From positions 16,492,001 to 16,556,000 of the forward strand of contig OZ024757.1 in NCBI GenBank assembly GCA_964016885.1: a DNA stretch of 64,000 nucleotides, written 5' to 3'. Made by a program: the position numbers and the translations under genes. Shown here piece after piece: positions 28,016 through 42,100 of this stretch (positions within the stretch are counted from its first letter, which is position 1; every line of letters begins with the position of its first letter). The DNA is from Eledone cirrhosa (lineage: Eukaryota). A model generated the notes under the pieces. The model was not told the DNA's origin. It worked only from the letters and a program-made list of their open reading frames with translations, and searched no databases.

Positions 28016-28378
28016 CACTAAAGCATCTATCGACTGCTAACTTGTTCATTGTTAATATTGTGACCAGTCGCATAATTCTGCGGACATGTATATGCTATCA
28101 AGTATATAATATGTTAATTATTTGGCTTGAATTATTGTTAAAACGATCGGCGACCTCATGCGGCTTGCAACAATAAAATTAATCGGCAAAGCAAATATTA
28201 GGGCTCTTTCAGATACTGCAACGACATGTAAAAGTAATTACTGCGCCATTTTGAAATCAATGTCCCTCTACTAACTGGGAGCATTCAGGCGCGGCGAGTA
28301 ATGGAAAAAATCTAGTGTATGTGTACATAAATACATACATACATACATACATATGTATATATCTACATATATATATAA

Positions 28379-28441
<63 letters not shown>

Positions 28442-28559
28442 CATATATACACACAAATACATATAATTAAGCACTTTATATATACACACAAATACATATA
28501 ACAAATATATATATATACACAAATACATATAACGTCGCCTTTTGTTTTCGTTGTCCAAG

Positions 28560-28635
<76 letters not shown>

Positions 28636-28808
28636 GTGTGTGTGTCTAATGGTAGCTAAGATGCTTCCATAGGCGGTATGCCGGTTGAGCACTCTATGCT
28701 CTTACGGAGCAAAGTATTATAGAATGGAAAATGAAAAATCAGTGATGCATCGGAACTCAATTGTGTGTTACAATTGTTTCCCCGGCGTGTGTATGCATAT
28801 GTGTGTGC

Positions 28809-28842
<34 letters not shown>

Positions 28843-28843
<1 letters not shown>

Positions 28844-29173
28844 CAAAAGGGATATTTAATTTGTTGGTAATTCAACAAATATATATATTTATAACTGATT
28901 CGAAGCACTCGACAAGTTTTCTGGAGTATAATATCAATGATATTAATAAATGGAAACCATATTTATAAAACTATATTTATTCAAGTTTTTCCTGGATACT
29001 ATCCAGGAAAAACTTGAACCGTTAAGATCTTCTTCCTGGATATGTCAATATTTATAAAACAAACTTTTATTTTATCTGATGGGAGCGTACGTACCAAAGT
29101 TTTGGTACCCTTGAAATATATATAATAGAATAAATATGGTTTTATAAATATAGTTTCCATTTATCAATATCAT

Positions 29174-29179
<6 letters not shown>
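28843..29179 (-). mobile_element. Family C element, rearranged, with hammerhead remnant at ~29069-29131 (+)
   Basis: Tail 28843-28930; arm 28931-28982 pairs with 29128-29179; internal hairpin ttcaagtttttcctggat/atccaggaaaaacttgaa; CTGATGG...GAAATATATATA. Confidence 0.72.
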
Positions 29180-29233
<54 letters not shown>

Positions 29234-29235
<2 letters not shown>

Positions 29236-29429
29236 CGGAGGAGTTTTGGTAAGGAACCAGATGGACCATAACGCACCAGAGTACTCAATACTTAGGGTAG
29301 TAGAGTGTGTAATAGGAAAATGTATGACCCGAGGGCTGATCTCAAGCCGTTTCGACCGCTATTTCTGGACTCCAGAAATAGCCGTCGAAACGGCTTGAGT
29401 TCAGCTGTCGGGGTCATACATTTTCCTAT
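29234..29429 (-). mobile_element. Family B palindromic element
   Basis: Homologous to 795-989; centre tatttctgg-act-ccagaaata. Confidence 0.78.
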
Positions 29430-29732
29430 AGATATATATGCTATAAATAACAAATATATAGCATGTTCATTATTTAATTTCTATATTATCGCAATTAATG
29501 AAGTATAAACATTGTCGTTGGCTATAGATTTCCAACGACAATGGACCAATCCCTGCTTCACTGCCATTCTGACGGCCTGTGTGACAAGGGATCGTCTGAA
29601 CAACTCGTAACAGAACTAATATTTGAAGAAACAAGATTGGAGTAGTATTGGTTTTCTTGGCTGAACTGGGACTAACCAATGACAACAATACGGTATTGTT
29701 AAAACCATGTGTTGTACTACTCTACTTCTATC

Positions 29733-29772
<40 letters not shown>

Positions 29773-29912
29773 GGAAGACAGAGGTTGACATATGTTGATG
29801 CCCTAAGGACAGACACTGGTCTCTTGGAGACGCAGGACATGGCAGCGATGATGAAGGACAGAGTCCGCTGGAGAGAACTCGTCCATGCGTCTTGGGAATT
29901 TTACCCGCCCTA
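29773..29912 (+). mobile_element. RTE LINE extreme 3' fragment
   Basis: [38 protein letters not shown]. Confidence 0.8.
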
Positions 29913-29915
29913 TAT

Positions 29916-30363
29916 ACTAGACCTGAAAAATGCGCAAGCTCAAAATAGCCACAGAATGTTATAATAAACCTTCAAAAGTGTGGAACTAGAGTTGTTGCTC
30001 AAAAATATTGTAATCATTATCTATCGTACACTTTGTGGCATCCTTTTATAAAAAAAGAGACTCATAACGGACTCAAGACGACACGATAATTATTTAAGGT
30101 AATGTTCATTATCTCATATTAGATGTTTAGTAATGATTAATACGAAATGCACTTAAAACGAATTCTATATTATAAATTCACTTAAATAACTATCGTGTCG
30201 TCTTGAGTTCGTTATGAGTCTCTTTTTTATAAAAGGGTGCCACAAAGTGTACGATAGATAATGTTTACAATATTTTTGAGCAACAAATCTAGTCCCACAC
30301 TTTTGAAGGTTTATTATAACATTCTGTGGCTCTTTTGAGCTTGCGCATTTTTTCAGGTCTAGT
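29916..30363. repeat. Long inverted repeat, ~180-bp arms (MITE or PLE fold-back; no hammerhead seen)
   Basis: actagacctgaaaaatgcgcaagctc... mirrored by ...gagcttgcgcattttttcaggtctagt; spacer ~30098-30180. Confidence 0.85.
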
Positions 30364-30748
30364 TTAATATATTTTTAAGGCAACGTTTGTAATAACTCTA
30401 GTTAAACATGATATACATTAATAAGTACAGCAGATGAGTACAGCAGATGTCTAGAGAGAGGAAGAATGAAAATGATCTCGAAAGGATGAAAGGCAAAGTA
30501 TATGAATATATATGTGTTAGTGTATGTGTGTTTTGAACAATGAAAACAAAGACCGAAGTTTTGTGCTTAATTATATATGAATATAATATATGTAGTTGGC
30601 GGACGAGAGAAAAGAGTACTCAATATCGATGTTACTGAGGAGGTGAAACTCCACTACATAGCCATTCCTGGCAAAAGTCTTTTTTCTGTCTTTCATCTAA
30701 GAGCGAACCTAAAAGCATTAATAGTTTTATATCTCTGTGTTTACCTAT

Positions 30749-30789
<41 letters not shown>

Positions 30790-30790
<1 letters not shown>

Positions 30791-30882
30791 GGAAAAGGTT
30801 CAGGACCCCGACGGCAGAGCTCAAGCCGTTTCGACGGGTAGGTGCGTTATGGTCCACCTGGTTCCTTACCACACTTCCTTCG

Positions 30883-30884
<2 letters not shown>
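30790..30884 (+). mobile_element. Family B element, internally deleted
   Basis: Inverted arm joined to tail ggtgcgttatggtccacctggttccttaccacacttccttcgtta. Confidence 0.72.
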
Positions 30885-30914
<30 letters not shown>

Positions 30915-30918
<4 letters not shown>

Positions 30919-31088
30919 TTAATATAGATGAGATTCTACAGGACTAGAACTGTTTCATTCATTAGAAATCATCAGATTCCTGATGATTTCTAATGAATGA
31001 AACAGTTCTAGTCCTGTAGAATCTCATCTATATTAAAACTTTTATACTCTGCTATGTATTGAGTACCTTACTTACTGTGGTTACCTCC
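30915..31088 (+). mobile_element. Family A palindromic element
   Basis: Perfect arms 30915-30975/30980-31040, tail to 31088, followed by ~250 bp pure (TA)n. Confidence 0.82.
30974..31024 (+). ncRNA. Type I hammerhead ribozyme motif (family A)
   Basis: AGATTC-CTGATGA-T-TTC-TAAT-GAA-T-GAAA-CAG-TTCTAGTC-CTG-TA-GAATCT; predicted cleavage after 31018. Confidence 0.75.
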
Positions 31089-31106
31089 GATTCAACCCGG
31101 AATAGC

Positions 31107-31338
<232 letters not shown>

Positions 31339-31554
31339 CGAAGGAAGTGTTGTTTGCTCAGATCAGAGCAAACAACACGGACACTCTATCTCAAAATTAT
31401 TTTTGAAAAGCATTTAGAAATGCGCAACCGGTAAAAACTTAAAAACTTAAAACCACAACTGAATACTAACCCATACAATCACTAATACTCTTTTATTCCT
31501 AATTAAACCATTTTTCAACTGTGAACAATTTGTCAGCATTTTCTATTCCGTTTA

Positions 31555-31629
<75 letters not shown>

Positions 31630-32318
31630 CATCTGGCTCTCTATCCCCTTCCCTCTCTATCTCTGTCCTCTATCTATTTCTCTCTCTCATTTCTCCTCCC
31701 CTCACCCTCACCCTCACCCTCACCCCTTCTCTTTCGCTCTCTCTTCCTCACACACATATTATTACTAGCCCTTTCTTCCACTCACCTGTTTCTCCAAATA
31801 AGCTTTTACAAAACATATACCAGTAATACACTAGTGGTCCGTTATTTGCTTATTAGCTATTTCTTTCTTCTCTTCCAAGTTGTGAACTTGTTTTTTTTTG
31901 TGGGTATTGTTTCGTTGTTATTTTTTGCGTAAAGAACTCATTATATGAAAATGTCGGCTTTGTTAAACTATAGCAAAATTTGGATAATTTCCTTGTCGAA
32001 TAACGCCACTAACAAGTAAATGAAAGGAAAGTGAACAAGTTGACAGAGATCCAGGCTTTATAATATAGTTAGATGAAAGATTTGGCCATAAAAAATACTA
32101 GAATGAACCATACGATAATGATACAAGCTGCCTTGGGACAGATAGTGTTCAACAACAATGGCGCTGTGAAGCTGCCAATAAAACTTTCTCTTGTCTTCCT
32201 AAACCTACATTCATAAATCACAAACTTTTCATTTGAAAAATCATTTTTGCAAAGATTTTATGCTAAAGCTGGTTTCTAAAATTTAATGAAGCCAAATAGA
32301 CTTTTTCCAGATGGAACA

Positions 32319-32391
<73 letters not shown>

Positions 32392-32414
32392 ACACACATT
32401 CACGCACCACCACC

Positions 32415-32466
<52 letters not shown>

Positions 32467-32478
32467 CGTGTGTATATT

Positions 32479-32659
<181 letters not shown>

Positions 32660-32672
32660 TGTATCTTCTTCA

Positions 32673-33470
32673 TGGCAGTATCGGTAGAGGGTCGGACGCC
32701 ATGCTTTCCACCATAGTTACGTCCCTTGCGGTCTGAGTTCAAATCCCGCCGAGGTTAACTTTGCCTTTCATCCTTACGGGGGTCGATAAAATAAAGTACC
32801 AGTAATACACTGGGGTAATTGCTGGCCTTGTGCCTAAAGTAGAAACAATTATTATCATTAGGGTGGTTGATTAGGGCGGTGGATTGGCAGTATGGGTAGA
32901 GAGTCGGACGCCATGCTTTGCAGCATAGAGTTACGCCCTTTTAAGGTCTGAATTCAAATCCCGCCGAAGTTAACTTTTCCTTTCATCCTTACAGGGTCGA
33001 TAAAATAAAGCACCAGTAATGTACTGGGTCGATTAAATCGACTTTCCCCCCCACCCCCACCCACCCACCCACCCCACCCCCACCCCAAATACTGGCCTTG
33101 TGGCTAGACTAGAAACCATTATTAGGGCGGTGAATTGGCAGTATCGGTAGAGGGTTGGACGCCATGCTTTCTAGCATAGTTACGTCCCTTTACGGTTTGA
33201 GTTCAAATCCCGCTGAGGTTAACTTTGCCTTTCATCCTTACGGGGTCGATAAAATAAAGTACCAGTAATGTACTGGGTAATTTCTGGCCTTGTGGCTAGA
33301 CTAGAAACCATTATTAGGGCGGTTGATTGGCAGTTTCGGTGGAGCGTCGGGCAACTTGCTTTGCGGCATTTAGTTACAGCTCTTTACATTGTAAGTTCAA
33401 ATCCCGCCGAGGTTAGCTTTCCCTGTCATCCTTACGGGGTCAATAAAATTAAGTACCAGTAACGTATTAG
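32673..33470 (+). mobile_element. Four head-to-tail SINE copies
   Basis: Repeated ggcagtatcggtagag...gttcaaatcccgccgaggttaac...tagaaaccattatt units. Confidence 0.88.
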
Positions 33471-33529
33471 TGTTGGTTTAATTATCGAGCACAGTTCAGT
33501 GAAGTGTGGTATTTGGTGGTGTTGTTTCT

Positions 33530-33900
33530 ATTGTATTAAGAGTAATACGTGTGCAGTGCTATTTTTGTATGCTGTATATATTTGTAAGTCCTAGTGTTTT
33601 GGTTAAGCATCTGTCTGTGTGTTTATTTTTATCATTCCCAGAGCATCTATTATTTTAGAGATTGTTTCTTTTTTCCTCATCCACTTTCAAGTTATTTCTA
33701 TCTCTAGATGTTTAAATTTGGATAATATAATTTCTCCATTTCCCTGGTAGATATAGTGTTATCTGTGAGAATTGATACATCAATTAGAAGACATCTATGT
33801 TGTTGTTGTCTTTGACTATGATATCCAGTCGTTTGTCTTTGATTGCCCTGTGTGTATGTATTATTATTATCATTATTTTGAATTTGATATCTGTCATTGA
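33530..33900 (-). mobile_element. Decayed Dong/R4-type RLE fragment
   Basis: CLLIDVSILTDNTISTREMEK; similar to 4446-4880. Confidence 0.6.
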
Positions 33901-33949
33901 TGTTATTTAACTGTAACATTTGCCCTTAGCCCTTATGAACATCAAGCTT

Positions 33950-34740
33950 CTCCCTGCAGCCTCAGATATTCTTGACCTTTCGGAGGGTCCTTGCTGTTCC
34001 CAGTAGGCATGCCTTTTGAAGTGTTCCAAAAAAGGGGGCCGGACTAATGTTCTTTAACCAGCCTTGAAAACTCTTCAAGATAGTAAGATAGTATCTAATG
34101 CTCCTATGACAATCGGGACGACCTTGATCTCATGGCAGTCCTAAATCCTTTTTAATTCCCAATTTAAATCCTGGTACCAGATAATTTTTTTCCTTCTCCT
34201 GTTTTTTCACTCTTGTGTCAAAGGGGCAAGCTATATCTATAATCAAGCAAGATCTTTTTTCCTTGTCAAAAACCACCAGGTCAGGTCTATTGTGTTCTAA
34301 TTCTTTGTCTGTTTATATCCTGAAATCCCACAGCACCATCACCCGATCGTTTTCTATCACCGACTCTGGCTTATGCTCATATCACTTCTCAGAATCGAGT
34401 AAATTATTCAGTTTGCATAAACGTCAGTGGATCACTTTTCTTATGATATCATGCTTCCATCCTTTATAAGGCGTCTGGGCTAGGTGTTTACACCCGGATA
34501 CAATGTGAGCTACAGTTTGCTCTCTCTCTATCTCACCACAGATCCTACAGAGTGGACTAGCCTCCTCCTTGTCAATATGGTGTTTCATATTCTTCGATCT
34601 AAAACCTTGCTCCTGTGCAGCCAGTAGCATTCCTTCGGTAGCTTTCTTAAGGTCCCCTCTCTTTAACCAGTCCCATGTCTGCGGATCTCTGAATTATGTT
34701 TTCTTCAAGAAGAAGCTATGAAGGGCTCTGACCATGCGCT
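33950..34740 (-). mobile_element. Dong/R4-type LINE 3' region (zinc knuckle plus RLE)
   Basis: LLAAQEQGFRSKNMKHHIDKEEASPLCRICGE..TVAHIVSGCKHLAQTPYKGWKHD, followed by an RLE remnant. Confidence 0.85.
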
Positions 34741-34789
34741 TGTAGGCGGGCTAATTTGGAGAGGTGGTTCAGGATTGGTGGTAGTTCTC

Positions 34790-34965
34790 AGTCGCCCCAG
34801 GGTTGTCCTTCCTCCATTAGGGAATTTATATTGTTATAATTGTATTGTTTATTGTTATTGTTTTTATATTCTTCATTCGATTTTTCTGTAAACCCCCCAC
34901 TGCCCCCGTCTATTGCATTGTCTCCTATATGTCGGCCCTTGTGGCTAATAAATGAAACAATTATT
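34790..34965 (+). mobile_element. LINE 3' UTR fragment (Tx1/L1-like family)
   Basis: Ends ggcccttgtggctaataaatgaaacaatt+(ATT)n. Confidence 0.5.
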
Positions 34966-35045
34966 ATTATTATTATTATAATGCACTGGGATAATTGCTG
35001 GCCTTGTGCCAAAAGTAGAAACAATCATTATTATTATTATTATTC

Positions 35046-35297
35046 GTTGAGTCTCAGTCATTGATGTTAGTTAACTGGAAAGTTTGTTGAAATGAATATC
35101 AAGCCACTACCTGCAGCCTCAGATATTCAGGACGTATCGGAGGGTTCTTGCTGTTCCCAGCAAGCATACCTTTTGAAGCGTTCCAAAAAGCGTGGCGGGG
35201 CCAATTTTCTTTAACCATCCCCGGAAACTTTTTGAGATAGTCCCTAGTGCGCCTATGACAATCGGGACCACTTTGACTTCATGGCAGTTCCAAATCC

Positions 35298-35377
<80 letters not shown>

Positions 35378-36018
35378 TTTGAGTCTCAGTCATTGATGTT
35401 AGGTAACTGGAAAGTCTGTTGGAATGAATATCAAGCCACTACCTGCAGCCTCAGATATTCAGGACGTATCGGAGGGTTCTTGCTGTTCCCAGCAAGCATG
35501 CCTTTTGAAGCGTTCCAAAAAGCGTGAAGGGGCCGATTTTCTTTAACCATCCCTGGAAACTTTTGGAGATAGTCCCTAGTGCGCCTATGACAATCAGGAC
35601 CACTTTGACTTCATGGCAGTTCCAAATCCTTTTTACCTCCCACTTTAAGTCCTGGTATCTGTTAATTTTCTCCCTCTCCTTCTCTTGCACTCTCGTGTCG
35701 AATGGGCAGGCCACATCCACAATCAGGCACGATCTTTTTTCTTTGTCCACACCCACCAGGTCAGGTCTATTGTGTTCCAGTTTCTTGTCCGTCTGTATCC
35801 TAAAATCCCACAGCACCTTCACCTGATCGTTTTCTATCACCGACTCTGGCTTATGCTCAAACTACTTCTCAGAATGTGGTAAATTGTTTACTTTGCATAG
35901 TTGCCAGTGGATCACCCAGCCCATCACATCATGTCTCCAGCCCTTATAGTGAGTCTGGGCTAGGTGTTTACACTCGGATACAATGTGAGCCACAGTCTCC
36001 TCTCTCTCTCCACAGATC
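35046..36018 (-). mobile_element. Two tandem Dong/R4-type LINE 3' ends separated by (TTA)n
   Basis: 35046-35300 and 35377-36018; VLWDFRIQTDKKLEHNRPDLV...IVDVACPFD...EKINRYQDL...LRYVLNI*. Confidence 0.88.
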
Positions 36019-36019
36019 C

Positions 36020-36084
<65 letters not shown>

Positions 36085-36085
<1 letters not shown>

Positions 36086-36352
36086 GGGCCTACTCTGAGT
36101 ACGTATCTTAATTGGAAAACTGGGAGAGGGCACTTGCCTTGGTGGTCAGGGTCACTGTGGCCTTTTACTGGGCTTTCTCCACAAATGTCCCTCCGAAGTC
36201 TCCCCCCTATTGGGGAATTTTTCATTGTTATTTTTTGTTACATCCTCTGTTTTTGTTTTTTACACGCAGAAATGCCCATTTGTACCGTCCTGTATTGTCC
36301 TGCACTGTCCTTAATGTCTACTTTATGTAAACCCTTGTGGTTAATAAAGAAA

Positions 36353-36355
<3 letters not shown>
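36085..36355 (+). mobile_element. LINE 3' UTR fragment (Tx1/L1-like family) between (TTA)n tracts
   Basis: Reverse-complement homolog of 5040-5350. Confidence 0.6.
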
Positions 36356-36421
<66 letters not shown>

Positions 36422-36644
36422 TCTACTCTTCTATGCCAGTTGTTCAATGTGGATGACCAATCTCAGTGATCTACAAGACATGAAAACACCCCAGTAATCT
36501 CATCGCCTCCTCAACTTACCAATTATGTTTATTGAATTAAACATTTATGTCAACAAGACCGTAAGTTTCTTGAAATATCTCATATATTCTTATTGTTCAT
36601 GTTGTCCTTGTTATTGCCGGCACTGTTGTTGTTGTTGTTGTTGC

Positions 36645-36753
<109 letters not shown>

Positions 36754-37087
36754 GGGGGAGGAGATGTTCACGTTTTTCTTTGATTCTTGTTTACATTTAT
36801 CTCTATTTCATCGATATTTAAATGATTAAACTTTAATTTAAAACATTTCTATAAAATCTTTAATTTACCTCTTTTGAAAGACAAATATGTTTGTGTTATA
36901 CATGTCATATAATTATTATAATAATGAATATATGTGTTGCTCATTGTCACTGCATTACTGAGCACAGTGTACCTTGGCTATGTGCAGTGTGGTGTTTGGT
37001 GTTGTTGTTTCTATTGTATTCAGAGTACTCTCCCTAATATGTGTGCAGTGCCTAGTAGTGCCATTTTATGCATGCTGTATATATTTG

Positions 37088-37322
37088 TGGAGGAACGTGG
37101 CCTAGTGGTAAGGGTTTTGGACTTACGATGATAATGTCGTGGGTTCGACTCCTGGGTTTCGCTTTGTGTTCTTGAGCAAAACACTTCATTTCACGTTGCT
37201 CCAGGATACTCAGCTGAAAATGAGTACCAGCAATAGCTGGGGGTTTAACCCTGCAATGGACTGGCGTCCTATGCAGGAGAGAGTCTTGTACTCTCAGTCG
37301 CTTCACACCATGAAGCTGGGAT
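37088..37322 (+). mobile_element. Second tRNA-derived SINE family (CORE-like central domain)
   Basis: A box TGGCCTAGTGG, B box GGTTCGACTCC, gtgttcttgagcaaaacactt, aaccctgcaatggactggcgtcct. Confidence 0.75.
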
Positions 37323-37324
37323 AA

Positions 37325-37565
37325 AAGTACCAGTAATATACTGGGTAATTGCTGGCCTTGTGCCAAAAGTAGAAACAATTATTATTTGGCAGTATCGGTA
37401 GAGGGTCGGATGCCATGCTCTGACGTATAGAGTTACGGCCCTTGCCATTCTGAGTTCAAATCCCGCCGAGGTTAACTTTGCCTTTCATCCTTACGGGGTC
37501 GATAAAATAAAGTACCAGTAATGCACTGGGTAATTGCTGGCCTTGTGCCTAAAGTAGAAACAGTT
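37325..37565 (+). mobile_element. Main-family SINE tail plus a full copy
   Basis: A/B boxes, core and tail. Confidence 0.85.
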
Positions 37566-37983
37566 ATTGTTGTTGTTGTTGTGGTTGTTGTTTGAGAATT
37601 ATTAATCGAAGTCTATTATCTACACCAGCAGCAAGACTCTAGCTCTCATTTGGTGACATTTCACATGTTTACGCTAGATTTCACACATAATTTCGATAGT
37701 CTCTTAACGTCTCCAACTATTTTCATACATTCTTATGCAACTGACTGTGAACAATTTTCCGTCTCGCTGTGTTTCTTTCTTACTACCACTGTCAAACTGC
37801 AGACAGGCAGGCAGGCAAGTGTCGCTCGGGGATGTGGGCTGATCTGTCTGTCTGTCTATCTGTCTATCTGTTTGTCTATCTGTCTGGCTGTCTGTCGGTC
37901 CGTTCAGAAGCAGCCATAGTTTCAAATGTCATAGCTTTGTTCAAATTAAATACGTAACACGAACGGCTAAGTTTATCAATAAC

Positions 37984-38073
<90 letters not shown>

Positions 38074-38274
38074 AAGAAGAAGAAGAAGAATTATATGAGG
38101 GTGAGGAGAATGAAGAGGAGGGTGAGGAGAATATTGTGAGGAGGGGGAGGAGGAGAAGACGAAGAAGAGGAATGTGAGGTGGAGGGGGAGAATGGAGAGG
38201 AGGGCGAAGTGAAGAATGTGAGGAAGAGGAGGATAAGCAGCAGAATGTGAACGGGGGGAGGAGGAGGAAGAAGA

Positions 38275-38305
<31 letters not shown>

Positions 38306-38317
38306 AAGAAGAAGAAG

Positions 38318-38349
<32 letters not shown>

Positions 38350-39175
38350 CTTTCCTCCTCCTCCCCCTCCTCTCTAGAATGTAATTTCAGAAAAAGTCCA
38401 CATCTTCTAATCTATATATTTAAAACAAAGAATGTGTGTGCATGTTTCCCTAAAACTCGAGAAGTACCCAATCCTTTTTTTTTCAAACTTTACACATGTA
38501 ATACGTATGGCCCTGTGAGTGTTCTGAGCAAAAAAAAATTAAAATTATTTAGTCCTAGGGATCGAATTAGTGAAGTGGCCAATGTCTGTACATAATGAGG
38601 GAGTGGGAGGGGAGAGAAAGAAACGGAGAGGCGAAGTGAAGAAGTGTCTCTCTACTCCTCCTCCTCCATCTCCCCATTCGTCACAGCGTTTTTCGATAGA
38701 GGGGAGAAATGTGAGTGAGTTATAAAGAGAAAGAGTGAGAGTGAAAGAGACAGACATACTAAAAGAGGGGGATAGCGGGAGCGAGAGAGAGTCAGACGCC
38801 GTGTTTGATACATGACAGTGGAAGAGGGGAAGGAAAGCTATAACTAATTAACATATGTGGGTGTGTGTGTGTTCGTGCAGCGTTCCACTCAGAGTTAAAT
38901 CTATTAACATGTGTGTGTGTGTGTGTACGTGCGTGTGGCGTTTCACTTACGCCATTTTTTTCAGTGACAACATATTCACTAACTAACACTCATTCCAATC
39001 GCTGCTCTTACTGTTACCCCTCTCCCTATCCATACCCCGGTTAAGACGGCACTCATGGCTTAGAAATTACATAGTCAACCGTTCGGAAATCACATGCATC
39101 GGTTTTTAATTGACTGATGAGTTTACTCCTTATTCTACCAGTGAGTTTCAGTGTACTTTGTCCTGCTTTTAGGTC

Positions 39176-42100
39176 ATGCCTCGAAGGAAGAGATACTCCA
39201 TTGGCCAAAAAACTGCGAAAGCAGCAACAACAAGAACAGGGCAGGCAAACGAATCGTCAGTGGAATCTGCTATTCGACTGTCGCAAGATGCTAAACGTGC
39301 TGCCACCAGGAGAGCACTTGAAACAGACAACCAACGAACCATTCGCCGAACCGCTAATGCCGCATCAACTTCTATTGCACGAGCTGCCGAGACGGAAGAC
39401 CAGCGTAAAAGACGTCGGAGTACGGATGCTACACAAACCTCGCAAGAACGAGACATTCGACTACAGTGTAATGCTCAACGAAGCGCCTTTGGGCAGAGTA
39501 TTTCAAGGCCGTGTTGCTCACGATGGTCCTTAAAAGCATTCGAGTACAACCCTGACTTTGATTACAGTGGCCATCCAGACATACGAATTGGGAGTATGTC
39601 AAAGACGTGCTCTTTCTGCAATGCAAAAAAGTGGCCTGGAGTAACACCTGGCTTGTGTTGCGCAAATGGAAAAGTAAAATTACGTCCCCTAGAGGATCTA
39701 CCACAACCTTTGAAGCTCCTATATTCAGGCAGTACTGCGGAGTCACGGCATTTCCTGACTTACATCCGGAGGTATAACTGTGCTTTCCAAATGACATCTT
39801 TCGGGATGAACATTGTCAAGGAATGTAGATTTATGCCCACATTTAAGGTGCAAGGTCAGGTGTACCATAGAATCGGATCCCGCCAATCAAGAACCTCAAT
39901 CTCTTCAGTTGTACTTTGTTGGGAATGTCAACGAGCAGGCAGCCATGAGGAACTCCATTTCACCTGGTACCAACGTCGAGCTTATAAGGAAACTGCAAGA
40001 CATTCTGCACACAAAGAACAGCTGTTATTAGCTTCAAGTATGCCTTGGAAGCAGATACCACAGCCAATTTTAATGTGGTAATTGATGCCTCAAAAATGCC
40101 ATCTGGGGAGCATCCGGGTCGGTATAATTATCCTGCATGCAATGAAATCGCTGTACTTATGCATGGGGGTCAGCATACCCCACGAGACATTGTCCTCAAG
40201 CTTCGAGATAGCACTCTTCAGCGATTCCGCGAAACACATAGGTCTTACGATGCGCTCCAGTATCCACTTCTCTTTGTAAATGGTGAGGACGGCTATCAGT
40301 ACGGAATTCACCAGCATAATCCAGTAAACCCTCAACACTCCGTCAAAAAACCAGTTTCATGCCTGGGTGTCTACTTCTACCGCTTCATGGTTCGCCACGA
40401 TTCCTTCAATCACCTGCACCAGTCAAGAGACCTACTGCAGCAATTCGCCGTTGATATGTGCGCAAAAATGGAATCGGAGAGACTGTGTTTCATACGGTCA
40501 CACCAAAGGCAACTGCGGTTCGAGAGCTACATCCATCTCCGAGATGCCATCAACAATGACGCAGCTCCCAGCAGCGTAGGAAAAGTCTGCATTCTCCCCT
40601 CGACCTTCACCGGAAGTCCGCGCTACATGCACAAGAGAACGCAGGATGCTATGACCTAGGTACGGCATTACGGCAGGCCCAATCTGTTCATCACATTCAC
40701 TTGCAATCCAAAGTGGAAGGAGATCGGGACAGAACTGTTCCAAGGGCAACAGGCCAAAAACAGGCATGACCTCCTGGCCCGAGTCTTTCGGCTGAAGCTT
40801 ATCAATCTTATGGAGCTCATCAAGAGAGGGCAAGTCTTTGGCCCAGTAAAGTGCGACATGTACACCGTAGAGTGGAAGAAGAGGGGCCTGCCGCACGCCC
40901 ACATCCTCATTTGGCTGTCAACAAAAATATCTTCAAATGACATTGACAGCATCATCTCCGCAGAGTTTCCCGATCCGTCTATAGACAAATACCTCTATGA
41001 CATAGGGAAGACAATCATGGTCCATGGTCCATGTGGGCGGGGTTTCAATTTAAGCTCACCCTGCTTAAACGACAATGTCTGCAGCAAAAGATTTCCCCGA
41101 AAGTTCCTCCAAGAAACCCAGACTGGCGTTGACGGATACCCACTGTACAGGCGACGCCAACCCGGAGACGGTGGTTTTACAGCAACAGTTGGACAGCACG
41201 AGGTCGACAACAGATGGTTAGTGCCATACTGCCCATTTCTTTCCAAGACTGGTGCTCACATCAATGTCGAGTTCTGTAATTCCGTCCAGTCAATCAAGTA
41301 CATATGTAAATATGTGAATAAGGGTTCAGACGCTGCTATATTCAGTCTTCAACAGGACAACAGCCGTGATGCGGTCACGCAATACCAAGTTGGCCGTTAC
41401 ATCAGCAGCAACGAGGCTTTCTGGCGTATTTTCGGCTTCCCTATACACCAAAGGCACCCTGCAATTGAACAGCTCCCAGTCCACCTGGAGAACGGTCAAA
41501 GGGTGTACTTCACTGACGTTAATGCTGCTCAAATGGTGGAGGAACCACGGGAAACCACCCTCACTGCATTCTTCAAACTTTTTCAGGCCGATTCATTTGC
41601 TCAAACCCTGCTGTATCCTCAGGTGTCGTCCTATTACACATGGAATAAACAACAATGGGTTCGCAGAAAGGTAGGTCAGCCTGTTGATGGACATCCTGGC
41701 ATAAAGTTTGACAGTTGCCTAGGGAGAGTTTTCACAGTGCACCCGAACCAGCATGGGTGCTTCTACCTCCGTCTTCTGCTACATGAGGTAAGAGGACCCC
41801 AGTCCTTTCATGACCTTAGAACTGCCGACGGTTCCATGTGCAGCACTTACAGGGAAGCTTGCTTCAAGCGCGGCCTGCTAGAAGACGGTGCGCAGTGGGA
41901 TTCCACTTTATATGAAGCTGTTGCATCTCAATCGCCTATGCGCCAACGAGCTCTATTGGCAGTACTGCTGCAAACTTGCGAACTGAGTAATCCTATCTCT
42001 TTGTGGCTCAAGTATAAAGATGACTTATCCGAGGACTACAAACGTCAGGCGCAAGTGCAATATCCTGAGATGGAACGTACCAGCGACGAGGTCTTCAATC

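Noticed and set aside
29500-29700. Possible host exon in unique-looking sequence (also 16860-16970 and 50990-51230)
   Set aside because: No recognisable protein similarity or convincing splice-site pair; needs RNA-seq
37088-37155. tRNA gene (also SINE heads elsewhere)
   Set aside because: A/B boxes present but no proper cloverleaf; continues into SINE body
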